Below are positions 10,188 to 19,666 of a stretch of DNA of 64,000 nt, piece by piece. The stretch comes from a phage: sequence record PQ338057.1. One strand, written 5' to 3'. The position numbers and the translations under genes were made by a program. Numbering within the stretch: the stretch's first letter is position 1; every line of letters starts with the position of its first letter. The notes under the pieces were generated by a model. That model worked only from the letters and a program-made list of their open reading frames with translations. It had not been told where the DNA came from and did no database searches.

Positions 10188-10789
10188 GGATTCACTCTCA
10201 TTGTGTCAATAACATGGACCGCCCCGCCTTCATGCGCGGTGCCACCGGAAATAATTGTTTCGTTGATATACGGATAGATCGTGATTTCTTCGCCAAGATA
10301 GCTGGCGGCTCCCACCCAATGCGGGCCGCTGGTCTGCAGGTTGATGGACATGCCGATCATGTGACGGCTGCATGGTTTGGCATCGCTTATCAGTCGCTCA
10401 AGTTCCAGATAGGTATCTTCAGTGATGCCCTGGTCCTGCACGCCGATATCCAGACGAAACGTGCCCGGTGTCTCTCCGGTCTGCCACCACTCAATAATGC
10501 GGATCAGAAAGCCGAACGGCTCCACCACCCGCCGCACGGCACTGGTGGTCCCTTTATGCTGATGAATATAAAAAGCATCCTTCACCACCTGGCGCTTGAC
10601 ACTTTCTGTCCAGTCCTCGTCCCAGCGATCCACAGAGAACGCCCAGGCGAGATAAGGCAGGAAACTGACCGGACAGGTTGCCGGATTCCACAAGTCACGA
10701 AGCGGCACCTGCAGATCAGAAATCCCGCTGCAGGTTTGCGCCAGTCGGCGCTCCAGTGGTGTTGAACCCGGTGGCAGCAGACTATTCAT
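10184..10789 (-). CDS. baseplate assembly protein gpI
   Basis: Similarity to P2 gpI (LWNPATCP...LPYLAWAFSVDRWDE); gene order J-I-H. Confidence 0.8.
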   Translation of the reverse strand: MNSLLPPGSTPLERRLAQTCSGISDLQVPLRDLWNPATCPVSFLPYLAWAFSVDRWDEDWTESVKRQVVKDAFYIHQHKGTTSAVRRVVEPFGFLIRIIEWWQTGETPGTFRLDIGVQDQGITEDTYLELERLISDAKPCSRHMIGMSINLQTSGPHWVGAASYLGEEITIYPYINETIISGGTAHEGGAVHVIDTMRVNP

Positions 10790-11690
10790 CCGTTCCTCCG
10801 TTGGTTACGCTCCACTGCGTACATGATGCCGCCTGTGTTTTGTTCAGGACCACATCCGCCAGAGGAGAAGCCAGCTCCACACGCTGCACACCCTCAACAT
10901 GCAAGGCGGCAAAGATGGCGCTACGGCGAATATCCCGACCAAGACGCGTCTGACTGGCGATGTACTTCTGCAGGCTGGCTTTTGCCGCTGCCATTACCGG
11001 CTCTGCTTCCGGTCCCGGATAGAGAAAAATGGTGGCTTCCACGCGATACGGGATGATTTCTGCGCTGCGAACCGTCAGACGGTCAGCCACCGGGCGGACG
11101 TTCTCACTGTTCAGGGCTTTTTCCACCACATCCAGCAGGTCTTTTTCTGCTGTTCCGTCGCCTTCACGGCTAAGGACAGTCAGTACCACCTCTGCAGGTG
11201 CCGGACTGGTTGCACTGGCATCCGCCACCCGACCGTCGGCGCTTCGGGCATGAAATTCATAGGCTGCAGTTGGCCCCGCAACTGAAAGCCCTTCAAAGGC
11301 TGCAGGCACACGCAGGCGTAACGCTTCATCGCTTTCCATCACAGCCGCAACGGGCGGCACAGCGTCATTATCAGCAGGCGTCACCGTCAGGCGTTTCACG
11401 TTGTAGTTGGCAGCGAGCTGGTCAAGATCGCCGCCCATCGCGTAAGCCACCATCACCGCCTGCGCGGCTTCGTTAATGCGCTGGCGCAGAAGCAACTCAC
11501 GGTAAGCATTCTCCTGCAGCAATTTGGTGACGGGTTCAGATTCCAGTTCCAGCGTGCGGATCACGGCTTCCTGCTCATCTTTCGGATGAAGCGCAACAAA
11601 TTCGGCCTTGCGTTCGGCAAGCAACGTCTCAAAGTCCGGCACATCGACAATCTGCGGCGCAGGCAACTGCGAAAGGTCAATCACTGCCAT
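10782..11690 (-). CDS. baseplate assembly protein gpJ (302 aa from MAVIDLSQL)
   Basis: Length and position match P2 gpJ; start at internal Met of track ORF. Confidence 0.8.
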   Translation of the reverse strand: MAVIDLSQLPAPQIVDVPDFETLLAERKAEFVALHPKDEQEAVIRTLELESEPVTKLLQENAYRELLLRQRINEAAQAVMVAYAMGGDLDQLAANYNVKRLTVTPADNDAVPPVAAVMESDEALRLRVPAAFEGLSVAGPTAAYEFHARSADGRVADASATSPAPAEVVLTVLSREGDGTAEKDLLDVVEKALNSENVRPVADRLTVRSAEIIPYRVEATIFLYPGPEAEPVMAAAKASLQKYIASQTRLGRDIRRSAIFAALHVEGVQRVELASPLADVVLNKTQAASCTQWSVTNGGTDE

Positions 11691-12036
11691 TCTCTGCTCC
11701 TGTTGATACGGAAAGGGAAACAGGCACACCGTTATTACGCCGCCCGGTCAGTCCCACCACCATTGAACCGTCAAAATTGCTGTTAATGGTGATGGAATCC
11801 AGCGTCAGCCGTGGCTCCCAGCGACTCAGCGCCACATACACTGCCGACATGACCTGCAGGCGTAACGCCGGATTTTGTGGCTGGTCTATCAGTGCCGACA
11901 GCAGGGAACCATATTCACGGCGAGCAATGCGGCTACCCTGCGGCGTCAGCAGAATGTCCCGCACCGACTGGCGCAGATGGTCAATATCAGTAATGACTTT
12001 GCCGCTGGTATTGTTCATCCCGCTATAAAGCGTCAT
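11677..12036 (-). CDS. baseplate wedge protein gpW
   Basis: 119-aa ORF between V and J; gpW-like. Confidence 0.75.
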   Translation of the reverse strand: MTLYSGMNNTSGKVITDIDHLRQSVRDILLTPQGSRIARREYGSLLSALIDQPQNPALRLQVMSAVYVALSRWEPRLTLDSITINSNFDGSMVVGLTGRRNNGVPVSLSVSTGAENGSD

Positions 12037-12611
12037 ACCGGGCCTCCGGTTGTATCGCCGCCTTTCAGGACGCCAGTATGCTGATGCGCATCAACCACGA
12101 TCCCGTTAGAACTCATCGCTCCGCCGCCCTGGGTAACGCCACCATTGATCACCACTTCGCTGTTAATGCGCGTGCGGTCAGCCTCCAGTACAAACTCACT
12201 GGTTTTCATGGTGATGTTATCAGCGGCCTCAATGACCATTGATTTGATGCCCCTGACATACCAGCGCCCGGTGGCGGGTTCGTATTCAAACCAGCCACCG
12301 TCAGGATGTTCTGTCACGCAGGCGTCCGCCGACGTCGACGGTGGTGCGAACTGATTCGAATAGACAGCGGGCAGCGCAAAGGCAGTCTCCAGATTGCCGC
12401 CCAGACTCAGCAGCACCACCTGCTCACCTTCCGATGGTCGCCACCATGTGCGGGCATTACCCGCGCGCAGCGTCAGCCAGCTGATCCAGTTGGTTTCAAG
12501 GTCGCCCGTTTTCACCCGACAAAGCCAGTTTTCCCGGTCCACTTCGGTGACTACACCTATGCGGATCAGATTGGTGATAAGGCGCATGATTTCGGTTAGT
12601 TGTGCGTTCAT
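12033..12611 (-). CDS. baseplate spike/assembly protein gpV (start at MNAQLTEIM)
   Basis: Position and similarity to P2 gpV; the N-terminal extension in the track ORF is likely spurious. Confidence 0.75.
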   Translation of the reverse strand: MNAQLTEIMRLITNLIRIGVVTEVDRENWLCRVKTGDLETNWISWLTLRAGNARTWWRPSEGEQVVLLSLGGNLETAFALPAVYSNQFAPPSTSADACVTEHPDGGWFEYEPATGRWYVRGIKSMVIEAADNITMKTSEFVLEADRTRINSEVVINGGVTQGGGAMSSNGIVVDAHQHTGVLKGGDTTGGPV

Positions 12612-12657
12612 AGATATATGATGACAGCTGAAAACTTGTTTATAACTTCTTGCAAAT

Positions 12658-12675
12658 TGTGGTATCGATGGTACA
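12658..12675. promoter_or_regulatory. TGT-N12-ACA dyad (Ogr/Delta-type late promoter element) upstream of V and of the divergent cargo ORF
   Basis: tgt ggtatcgatggt aca; P2-type late promoters carry this dyad (recall). Confidence 0.45.
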
Positions 12676-12714
12676 AATTGATAAAAGGATAAAAAACAAC
12701 CAATAGGTGGATAA

Positions 12715-13521
12715 ATGAGTGTTATGAATCCAATAAGTTCTAATATATTTAATGCTGAATTTTTAAACACCCCGGCAGCGGCACTTGCCGCATGGATTTC
12801 CATTATTGGAGCTGTTATAACTTTGGTGACGATAGTTATAAGAGCACTATTCAAATATAGAAAATCTCATGATGTAATTTTGAAAAAATCAGGAATACCT
12901 GCGTTTATATTAAATTTTTTTCTTATACGAATATCATTAAAAAGGCTGCCTACTATCACATGGGCTGAAAAATCAATCACGGTTCTCTTTTCACTTCTTT
13001 TTTTGTGTGCAATTTATATTTTTGGTCCAGTTTTCATCCAAGCCATTAGAACCCCACCAAATAGCACATTGCTTTATTGGATAAAGTCCGGTGAATCATT
13101 TTATATGTCAAAAAAACTGGCGACTGCAGCTACAATATTAACCACTCCTGATTGGGAAATATCAAAAGATGATTGCGAAGAGTCATCCTCTGCCAGTACA
13201 GAGAAGTACAAATCATTAACTATCGAACATAAAGAAATTCTTTGTAAACTACTAACCACTGATGAAGGGAATACTTACATTGATGAAGAAGTCAAGAATT
13301 TCGTTAAAGACAAATTCTTTATCTATTCCTTTGCCCCAACAACCATATTTATTCTATTATGGATTTCTTTGGGTTTTATACTGACCATTCACTATTCTAA
13401 AAAAGTTAGGAAATATATTCTGACTGAACAAAAAAATGCAATTCATTGGGCATATGGTGAATTCAAGACAGAAGGAATCTATTCAATATATCACGAGTTA
13501 GAACGTAAGACTCACCATTAA
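12715..13521 (+). CDS. AT-rich multi-pass membrane protein of unknown function (cargo gene between S and V)
   Basis: 268-aa ORF with GGTGG RBS; about four hydrophobic helices; markedly lower GC than flanking tail genes; opposite strand to the late operon. Confidence 0.7.
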   Translation: MSVMNPISSNIFNAEFLNTPAAALAAWISIIGAVITLVTIVIRALFKYRKSHDVILKKSGIPAFILNFFLIRISLKRLPTITWAEKSITVLFSLLFLCAIYIFGPVFIQAIRTPPNSTLLYWIKSGESFYMSKKLATAATILTTPDWEISKDDCEESSSASTEKYKSLTIEHKEILCKLLTTDEGNTYIDEEVKNFVKDKFFIYSFAPTTIFILLWISLGFILTIHYSKKVRKYILTEQKNAIHWAYGEFKTEGIYSIYHELERKTHH

Positions 13522-13909
13522 GACCCAACAAACGACGCTCTGCGTAACGCACTTCCGGTCCTTTGCGGCTGACGCGATCGCGCAGGCCATAATGGTGAAC
13601 GCGGGCAATGCGCTGCACCTTACTTTCAAACTGTACGCTGGCAGAGTCGGCGCTGGCGGCGGTTTTCAGGTATTTGGTGGTGCGCAGCTTTGCAAACATC
13701 TGACGTTTGATGCGGCCTTTTTTACTGCGCGCCGTGACCTTGCGCGGTTCATAACTGCTGCCATCTGGATTGCGCTGCATCCTGATATTCTGCTGCTGTG
13801 TCCGGCGCAGTTCCTGCGCCAGCTGGCGCATCATGCGGCTTCTTGCGACTGGTTCCAGATTCGCCAGTAAGGCACTAAGCCAGTCGTCCACCTTCTGCAG
13901 TTCAGCCAC
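13463..13909 (-). CDS. tail completion protein gpS
   Basis: 148-aa ORF; gene order R-S; P2 gpS-like. Confidence 0.7.
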   Translation of the reverse strand: MAELQKVDDWLSALLANLEPVARSRMMRQLAQELRRTQQQNIRMQRNPDGSSYEPRKVTARSKKGRIKRQMFAKLRTTKYLKTAASADSASVQFESKVQRIARVHHYGLRDRVSRKGPEVRYAERRLLGLNGESYVLTRDILNRFLLS

Positions 13910-14354
13910 GTTTCACCGTCCACATTTCTTCAGGTTCATCGGGTTCTGCTACAGCTTCAACGCTCGACACACTGCCGTCAGTGCTGACCAGCACACGTTC
14001 CGTCAGATGCAGGTTAAGGCTGATATCACAGACATCGTTGCGCAGAATATCCACCTCAAAGGTAAATAGTTTTTCCCGTAACGCCGGGTTATTGATGGCA
14101 TCGGGCTGGTTATCCCGCAGCCACAGCAAAACCGGGGCCATCAGCAGATTCTGGTCGCCGCTGAAATCCTCAATCACCGCGTTCAGGGTGTAACGGTACT
14201 CCCACGACATGGAGCTGGCCCCCGTGGCAACCAGCGAACCGTTATCCACAAACAGATGCAGTTTGTCCGGGTTATTGCGGACATAAGGCACCGCTTTATT
14301 GAGGGCGTGGCGCAGGGATTGTGGTTTGTTCACTGTTTCGCTCCTGACACGCAA
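13902..14354 (-). CDS. tail completion protein gpR
   Basis: 150-aa ORF; P2 gpR-like. Confidence 0.7.
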   Translation of the reverse strand: MRVRSETVNKPQSLRHALNKAVPYVRNNPDKLHLFVDNGSLVATGASSMSWEYRYTLNAVIEDFSGDQNLLMAPVLLWLRDNQPDAINNPALREKLFTFEVDILRNDVCDISLNLHLTERVLVSTDGSVSSVEAVAEPDEPEEMWTVKRG

Positions 14355-14586
14355 TAATCATGTCCACTTTGTCTGCACAGACCGCCCAGGCGGCCTCCGT
14401 TTCATCCAGCAACGCGTTCAGATCACCGTTAGTGCGCGGCGTTGCCTGATCCAGCCGACACGGCGTCACTCGCGGACAACCACTGACGGTAAGCTGTACC
14501 TCCGGTGAGTGCCGGACGTTCCCGCAGCCGGATAATGTCAGCAGGCAAAGGAGTATCAGCCCAGCGGCGTAAATCCTCGTTCTCAC
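14296..14586 (-). CDS. lysC: LysC (Rz1-like outer-membrane spanin lipoprotein), overlapping lysB and R
   Basis: Lipobox LLTLSGC; embedded out of frame in the lysB 3' end as in P2. Confidence 0.6.
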   Translation of the reverse strand: MRTRIYAAGLILLCLLTLSGCGNVRHSPEVQLTVSGCPRVTPCRLDQATPRTNGDLNALLDETEAAWAVCADKVDMIIACQERNSEQTTIPAPRPQ

Positions 14587-14857
14587 GTTTCAGTTCCTCG
14601 ATCCGGTGTTGTCGTTGTCTCAGCAGTGCACTGGTCTGTTCTGCTTCGGCATAGAGCCGCGCCTGCTCCCGGTTATTGGTTTCAGTCAGAATGGACAGGC
14701 TGATAAGCTGGCTGTTTTTCTTCGTCAGTTCCTGCGCTTTACTTTTCAGCGCCGCGCGCTGCGTTTCGATGGTGTGGCTGGCGCTGTTAAGCCGCCACGA
14801 CTGCCAGCCCAGCGCAACGAGTGCCAGCGCCACCACTACTGCCAGCGCACGCGTCAT
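14429..14857 (-). CDS. lysB: LysB (Rz-like inner-membrane spanin)
   Basis: N-terminal TM segment then coiled-coil-like region; 142 aa; P2 LysB-like. Confidence 0.7.
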   Translation of the reverse strand: MTRALAVVVALALVALGWQSWRLNSASHTIETQRAALKSKAQELTKKNSQLISLSILTETNNREQARLYAEAEQTSALLRQRQHRIEELKRENEDLRRWADTPLPADIIRLRERPALTGGTAYRQWLSASDAVSAGSGNAAH

Positions 14858-14993
14858 AGTCCAGCTCCTTTAAGGCACCAGGCCATCTCCCGCGCACGGC
14901 GGTTATCCAGCCCCTGATTAAACACACCTTTTACATAAACCCAGCGCGGCAACTGTCGGCACGCATCTGCCCAGCGCCGCTGATTGAGCAATT

Positions 14994-15746
14994 TCACCAG
15001 TGTGGAACTACAGGCATTGCCCGTTGCTGCTTCTGCAGAGCAGACTCCAGTTCAGACAGGCGTTCTTCCTGCTCAGACAGAGATTTTTCGGTTCGCGCGC
15101 TCAGGTTTTGCTGCTCAGTGGCGACCAGCTCCACGGCCTTATGCACATCAGAGAACCGGGCGTCATCGGACTGCTCTTTTTTGGTGAACAGCGCCGTGAC
15201 GCGGGAAAACAGGGACGGTTTGTCGTCCTGGACTTCCTCCAGTTCGATCACCGTTTCCTCTGCAGCGGTAAAGAGATTGGCAGGATTCTGCTTGCGGTTT
15301 GCCAGCGGGTTATGGGCTGCACTGGCGCTGAATGTCAGCATTTCAGTGCCCAGACTGGCAGGGTCATCAGTGGCAGCCAGGCCGACCAGGTAGGCTTTGC
15401 CCGTATCAGCGAACTTCGGGCTGACTTCCATAGAGGTGAATAATTTCTGGCCTTTTTTCACCAGTTCCACCAGGGACTCCGTTGGCTCAACGTCGGCATA
15501 CAGCGCCATCTTGCCTGCCAGCGGACCTTCCGTGATTTCCTCAGCAAACAGCGCCGTCACCTTGCCGTAGCGGTTAAAGGTGCTGTCCGGCAGATAAGAC
15601 TTGATGTGCTCAAGGTTAATCAGCGCGGTATACACCGCCGGGTTGTAGCTGGCTGCCATCTGTTCCAGCCATTCACGCTGGATTTCGCGTCCGTCGGTGG
15701 TGGCACCTTCCACCCCGATGCGAAAACGCTTTGCTTTCACTGTCAT
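14994..15746 (-). CDS. capsid scaffold protein gpO, probably 3'-truncated at a deletion junction
   Basis: N-terminal region resembles P2 gpO (FRIGVEG...INLEH...YLVGLAATDDPASLGTE); 250 aa against ~284 in P2 (recall); followed directly by lysB instead of N, M, L. Confidence 0.7.
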   Translation of the reverse strand: MTVKAKRFRIGVEGATTDGREIQREWLEQMAASYNPAVYTALINLEHIKSYLPDSTFNRYGKVTALFAEEITEGPLAGKMALYADVEPTESLVELVKKGQKLFTSMEVSPKFADTGKAYLVGLAATDDPASLGTEMLTFSASAAHNPLANRKQNPANLFTAAEETVIELEEVQDDKPSLFSRVTALFTKKEQSDDARFSDVHKAVELVATEQQNLSARTEKSLSEQEERLSELESALQKQQRAMPVVPHW

Positions 15747-15824
15747 GAGCCGTGCTCCGTTAAAAAAAACTTACTGGAGCCTTATGGTTGCGGTGATGGG
15801 GGTAGTGAAACAATGCGCGGTATT

Positions 15825-15842
15825 TGTACCGACAACCACACA
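15825..15842. promoter_or_regulatory. TGT-N12-ACA dyad in the divergent O / P intergenic region
   Basis: tgt accgacaaccac aca. Confidence 0.45.
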
Positions 15843-15888
15843 AACCGCAGGCGGGGAAAGCCTTCATTCAAGGCTGTAGGTTTGTGCC

Positions 15889-17655
15889 ATGAACACCACA
15901 CTGACACCCGCAGATCTCGATCCCCGTCGGCAGGCCATGCTGCTGTACTTTCAGGGATACCGCGTAGCCCGCATTGCTGAAATGCTGGGCGAGAAAGTTG
16001 CAACCGTTCACAGCTGGAAAAAACGCGACAAGTGGGGTGACTATGGGCCGCTGGATCAGATGCAGCTCACCACCGCCGCACGCTACTGCCAGCTCATTAT
16101 GAAGGAGCACAAAGAAGGGAAAGATTTCAAAGAGATTGACCTGCTGGCGCGCCAGTCGGAGCGCCATGCGCGGATCGGCAAGTTTAACAATGGCGGCAAC
16201 GAAGCCGACTTAAACCCTAACGTCGCCAACCGCAACAAAGGCCCGCGTCGTCAGCCGGAAAAGAACGTTTTCACCGATGAACAGATTGAGAAGCTGGAAG
16301 AAATCTTCCATTCCTCCATGTTCAACTACCAGCGCCACTGGTGGGAAGCCGGAAAAACCAACCGCATCCGCAACCTGCTGAAGTCACGCCAGATCGGCGC
16401 GACCTTCTATTTTGCCCGTGAAGCCCTGATTGACGCCCTGCTAACCGGGCGTAACCAGATTTTCCTTTCCGCCAGCAAGGCACAGGCCCACGTCTTTAAG
16501 CAGTACATCATCGACTTCGCCAAAGAAGTGGAGGTGGAGCTGAAAGGCGATCCGATAGTGCTTCCTAACGGGGCCACGCTGTACTTCCTCGGCACCAATG
16601 CCCGCACGGCCCAGAGTTACCACGGCAACCTGTATCTGGATGAATATTTCTGGATACCGAAATTCCAAGAGCTGCGCAAAGTGGCTTCCGGTATGGCTAT
16701 TCACAAAAAATGGCGACAAACCTATTTTTCCACGCCATCCAGCCTGACACACAGTGCTTATCCGTTCTGGTCCGGTGCGCTGTTCAACCGTGGGCGCAAC
16801 AAAGCCGACAAGGTGGACATCGACCTGTCCCACAGCAATCTGGCCCCCGGCCTGCTGTGCACAGACGGGCAATACCGCCAGATAGTCACCGTGGAAGATG
16901 CGGTGCGCGGCGGCTGTAACCTGTTCGACCTCGACCAGCTACGCATGGAGTACAGCCCGGACGAATACCAGAACCTGCTGATGTGCGAGTTCGTGGACGA
17001 TCTCGCGTCCGTGTTCCCGCTCAGCGAGCTGCAAGCGTGCATGGTGGACAGTTGGGAAATCTGGACCGACTTTCATGCACTGGCCCTGCGCCCGTTTGGC
17101 TGGCGCGAAGTGTGGATCGGTTATGACCCGGCAAAAGGTACGCAGAACGGCGACAGTGCCGGATGCGTGGTGGTGGCACCGCCAGCCGTGCCGGGTGGTA
17201 AGTTCCGCATTCTTGAGCGTCACCAGTGGCGCGGGATGGACTTCCGCGCCCAGGCTGACGCCATCAAAAAACTGACCGAGCAGTACAACGTGACCTACAT
17301 CGGCATCGACTCGACAGGTGTCGGCCACGGGGTTTACGAGAACGTGAAAGCGTTTTTTCCAGCCGTCCGGGAGTTTGTCTACAACCCCAACGTTAAAAAC
17401 GCCCTGGTACTCAAGGCCTACGACATTATCAGTCACCGTCGTCTGGAGTTTGACGCCGGACACACCGACATAGCGCAGTCATTTATGGCAATCCGTCGCG
17501 CCACCACCGCCAGCGGCAACCGCCCAACCTATGAAGCCAGCCGCAGCGAAGAAGCCAGCCATGCCGATCTGGCCTGGGCAACAATGCACGCACTGTTTAA
17601 CGAACCGCTGCAGGGCGAGTCCGCCAATACCAGCAATATTGTGGAGATTTTTTGA
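15889..17655 (+). CDS. terminase large (ATPase) subunit gpP
   Basis: 588-aa ORF; P2 gpP-like; precedes the portal gene. Confidence 0.85.
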   Translation: MNTTLTPADLDPRRQAMLLYFQGYRVARIAEMLGEKVATVHSWKKRDKWGDYGPLDQMQLTTAARYCQLIMKEHKEGKDFKEIDLLARQSERHARIGKFNNGGNEADLNPNVANRNKGPRRQPEKNVFTDEQIEKLEEIFHSSMFNYQRHWWEAGKTNRIRNLLKSRQIGATFYFAREALIDALLTGRNQIFLSASKAQAHVFKQYIIDFAKEVEVELKGDPIVLPNGATLYFLGTNARTAQSYHGNLYLDEYFWIPKFQELRKVASGMAIHKKWRQTYFSTPSSLTHSAYPFWSGALFNRGRNKADKVDIDLSHSNLAPGLLCTDGQYRQIVTVEDAVRGGCNLFDLDQLRMEYSPDEYQNLLMCEFVDDLASVFPLSELQACMVDSWEIWTDFHALALRPFGWREVWIGYDPAKGTQNGDSAGCVVVAPPAVPGGKFRILERHQWRGMDFRAQADAIKKLTEQYNVTYIGIDSTGVGHGVYENVKAFFPAVREFVYNPNVKNALVLKAYDIISHRRLEFDAGHTDIAQSFMAIRRATTASGNRPTYEASRSEEASHADLAWATMHALFNEPLQGESANTSNIVEIF

Positions 17656-18680
17656 TGGGAAAGAGTAAGAAAAACCGCGCTGCGGCGACGAACCAGATCC
17701 AGCATAAAAACCAAACTTCAGCCGAAGCATTCAGCTTCGGTGATCCCGTTCCTGTTCTGGACCGCCGCGAATTACTGGACTATGTGGAATGCGTAAAGAT
17801 GGACCGCTGGTATGAGCCACCCGTAAGTTTTGACGGACTGGCGCGAACATTCCGCGCCGCCGTACACCACAGTTCACCGATTGCAGTAAAGTGCAACATT
17901 CTGACCAGCACCTACATCCCTCACCCGCTGCTCAGCCAGCAGGCGTTTTCACGTTTTGTGCAGGACTATCTGGTTTTTGGTAACGCCTACCTGGAGAAAC
18001 GCACGAACCGATTCGGTGAAGTTATCGCCCTTGAGCCTGCGCTGGCAAAATACACCCGACGCGGATTAGACCTAGATACCTACTGGTTTGTGCAATACGG
18101 CATGACCACGCAGCCGTATCAGTTCACGAAAGGCAGCATTTTTCATCTGATGGAACCGGACATCAACCAGGAGATCTACGGCCTGCCCGGCTATCTTTCT
18201 GCCATCCCATCCGCCCTGCTCAACGAGTCCGCCACGCTGTTCCGCCGAAAGTATTACATTAACGGTAGTCATGCAGGCTTCATCATGTACATGACCGATG
18301 CCGCGCAGAACCAGGAAGATGTGAACAACCTCCGCAATGCGATGAAAAGTGCCAAAGGCCCTGGCAACTTCCGCAACCTGTTTATGTACTCGCCTAATGG
18401 TAAAAAAGACGGACTTCAGATTATCCCGTTGTCAGAAGTCACAGCGAAGGATGAGTTTCTGAATATCAAGAACGTGAGCCGTGATGACATGATGGCGGCA
18501 CACCGCGTGCCGCCGCAAATGATGGGAATTATGCCTAATAATGTCGGGGGGTTTGGGGATGTGGAGAAGGCTAGCAAGGTATTCGTAAGAAACGAATTGA
18601 TGCCCCTGCAGAAACGATTGCAGGAACTAAATAACTGGTTGGACGAAGAAGTGCTCAATTTTTCAACCTATGAGCTTTAG
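17652..18680 (+). CDS. portal protein gpQ
   Basis: 342-aa ORF; P2 gpQ-like. Confidence 0.85.
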   Translation: MMGKSKKNRAAATNQIQHKNQTSAEAFSFGDPVPVLDRRELLDYVECVKMDRWYEPPVSFDGLARTFRAAVHHSSPIAVKCNILTSTYIPHPLLSQQAFSRFVQDYLVFGNAYLEKRTNRFGEVIALEPALAKYTRRGLDLDTYWFVQYGMTTQPYQFTKGSIFHLMEPDINQEIYGLPGYLSAIPSALLNESATLFRRKYYINGSHAGFIMYMTDAAQNQEDVNNLRNAMKSAKGPGNFRNLFMYSPNGKKDGLQIIPLSEVTAKDEFLNIKNVSRDDMMAAHRVPPQMMGIMPNNVGGFGDVEKASKVFVRNELMPLQKRLQELNNWLDEEVLNFSTYEL

Positions 18681-18688
18681 TTTTAAAA

Positions 18689-18708
18689 CGAAGACCATTA
18701 GGTCTTCG
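18689..18708. terminator. hairpin cgaagacc-atta-ggtcttcg between convergent Q and the retron RT
   Basis: Perfect 8-bp inverted repeat overlapping the RT stop codon. Confidence 0.4.
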
Positions 18709-19660
18709 CTTTATTTAAAGGGTTCTTTCCATATTTTTTTTCTAATTTGCTAATATAAGTTATTAATCTCCTATGGCTTTTTGAATCCACACTTAAAATA
18801 AATGACAACCATCCCCTAACGTGTTCTATCTCAGAAGACTTACCGCAAAATATATGATGTATCTTTGCTCTAATTTCTTTATATTTTTCTCTACCTATCC
18901 CAACTTTCTCTTGTGAAATAACTAAACCTGTAACTTTCCTCTGACTACGAGGCCCACTAATACAAGTTTTTTTTGAGTTAATAACCAATCCTTCACTTGG
19001 GATTATAGAAAATAAAAAATCACGTGCTTTAACAACCTTTTTCATAGACTGTGCAGATAAGGTGAGATCATCGGCATATCTCGTATATATCAAGCCCCGA
19101 CTACCTGCATAACCCTGAATACGATAATCAAGTTTAGAACATATTAGATTAGCTAATTTAGGTGATGATGGAGCACCTTGTGGTAGCAGATTTTTATAAC
19201 AACATATTTTTGTCAAAACTGAAGATATTAGTCGATTATAACCAAGAGAATGGAACACTCCAAAAACTTTGTTAGCAGTTAAACTTGGGAAAAAATCCTC
19301 CAAATCAATATTCAGTATAAAGTTTGCCCCAATATGCGGGGTAGCATTATTCAAAATAGATTGGTGCTTTTCAAATCCAATAGAAAAAGGAGATGACGAC
19401 AGTTTATCTAAAATGTTACGTAGAACCCATCCTTGTAAGGCTTTAAGTTCTCGAGAAGGTTGGTAAATGGTTCTCATTCTCTTCTCTGGGCCTTTCTTTT
19501 CTACAGTGTAGATCCTATAGCGAAAATCAGCTGTATAGATTAACAACCGAAGTGTTTCAACAGATATGCGAGTCGCCTTAGACATGTCATGCAAATTGTT
19601 CATGACAGGTAGGCCGAGATTTCTCAATCTAAAAGTGTTCAAATATTCAGCGGATTTCAT
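18698..19660 (-). CDS. ret: retron reverse transcriptase (Retron-Eco1 / Ec86 RT), 320 aa
   Basis: YADD active-site motif (RYADDLTLS); sequence MKSAEYLNTFRLRNLGLPVMNNLHDMSKATRISVETLRLL recalled as the Ec86 RT; immediately downstream of msr-msd. Confidence 0.95.
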   Translation of the reverse strand: MKSAEYLNTFRLRNLGLPVMNNLHDMSKATRISVETLRLLIYTADFRYRIYTVEKKGPEKRMRTIYQPSRELKALQGWVLRNILDKLSSSPFSIGFEKHQSILNNATPHIGANFILNIDLEDFFPSLTANKVFGVFHSLGYNRLISSVLTKICCYKNLLPQGAPSSPKLANLICSKLDYRIQGYAGSRGLIYTRYADDLTLSAQSMKKVVKARDFLFSIIPSEGLVINSKKTCISGPRSQRKVTGLVISQEKVGIGREKYKEIRAKIHHIFCGKSSEIEHVRGWLSFILSVDSKSHRRLITYISKLEKKYGKNPLNKAKT

Positions 19661-19666
19661 GAAAGT

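Noticed and set aside
16441-17463. Minus-strand ORFs 16441..16872 and 16939..17463
   Set aside because: Antisense within terminase gene P; no independent support
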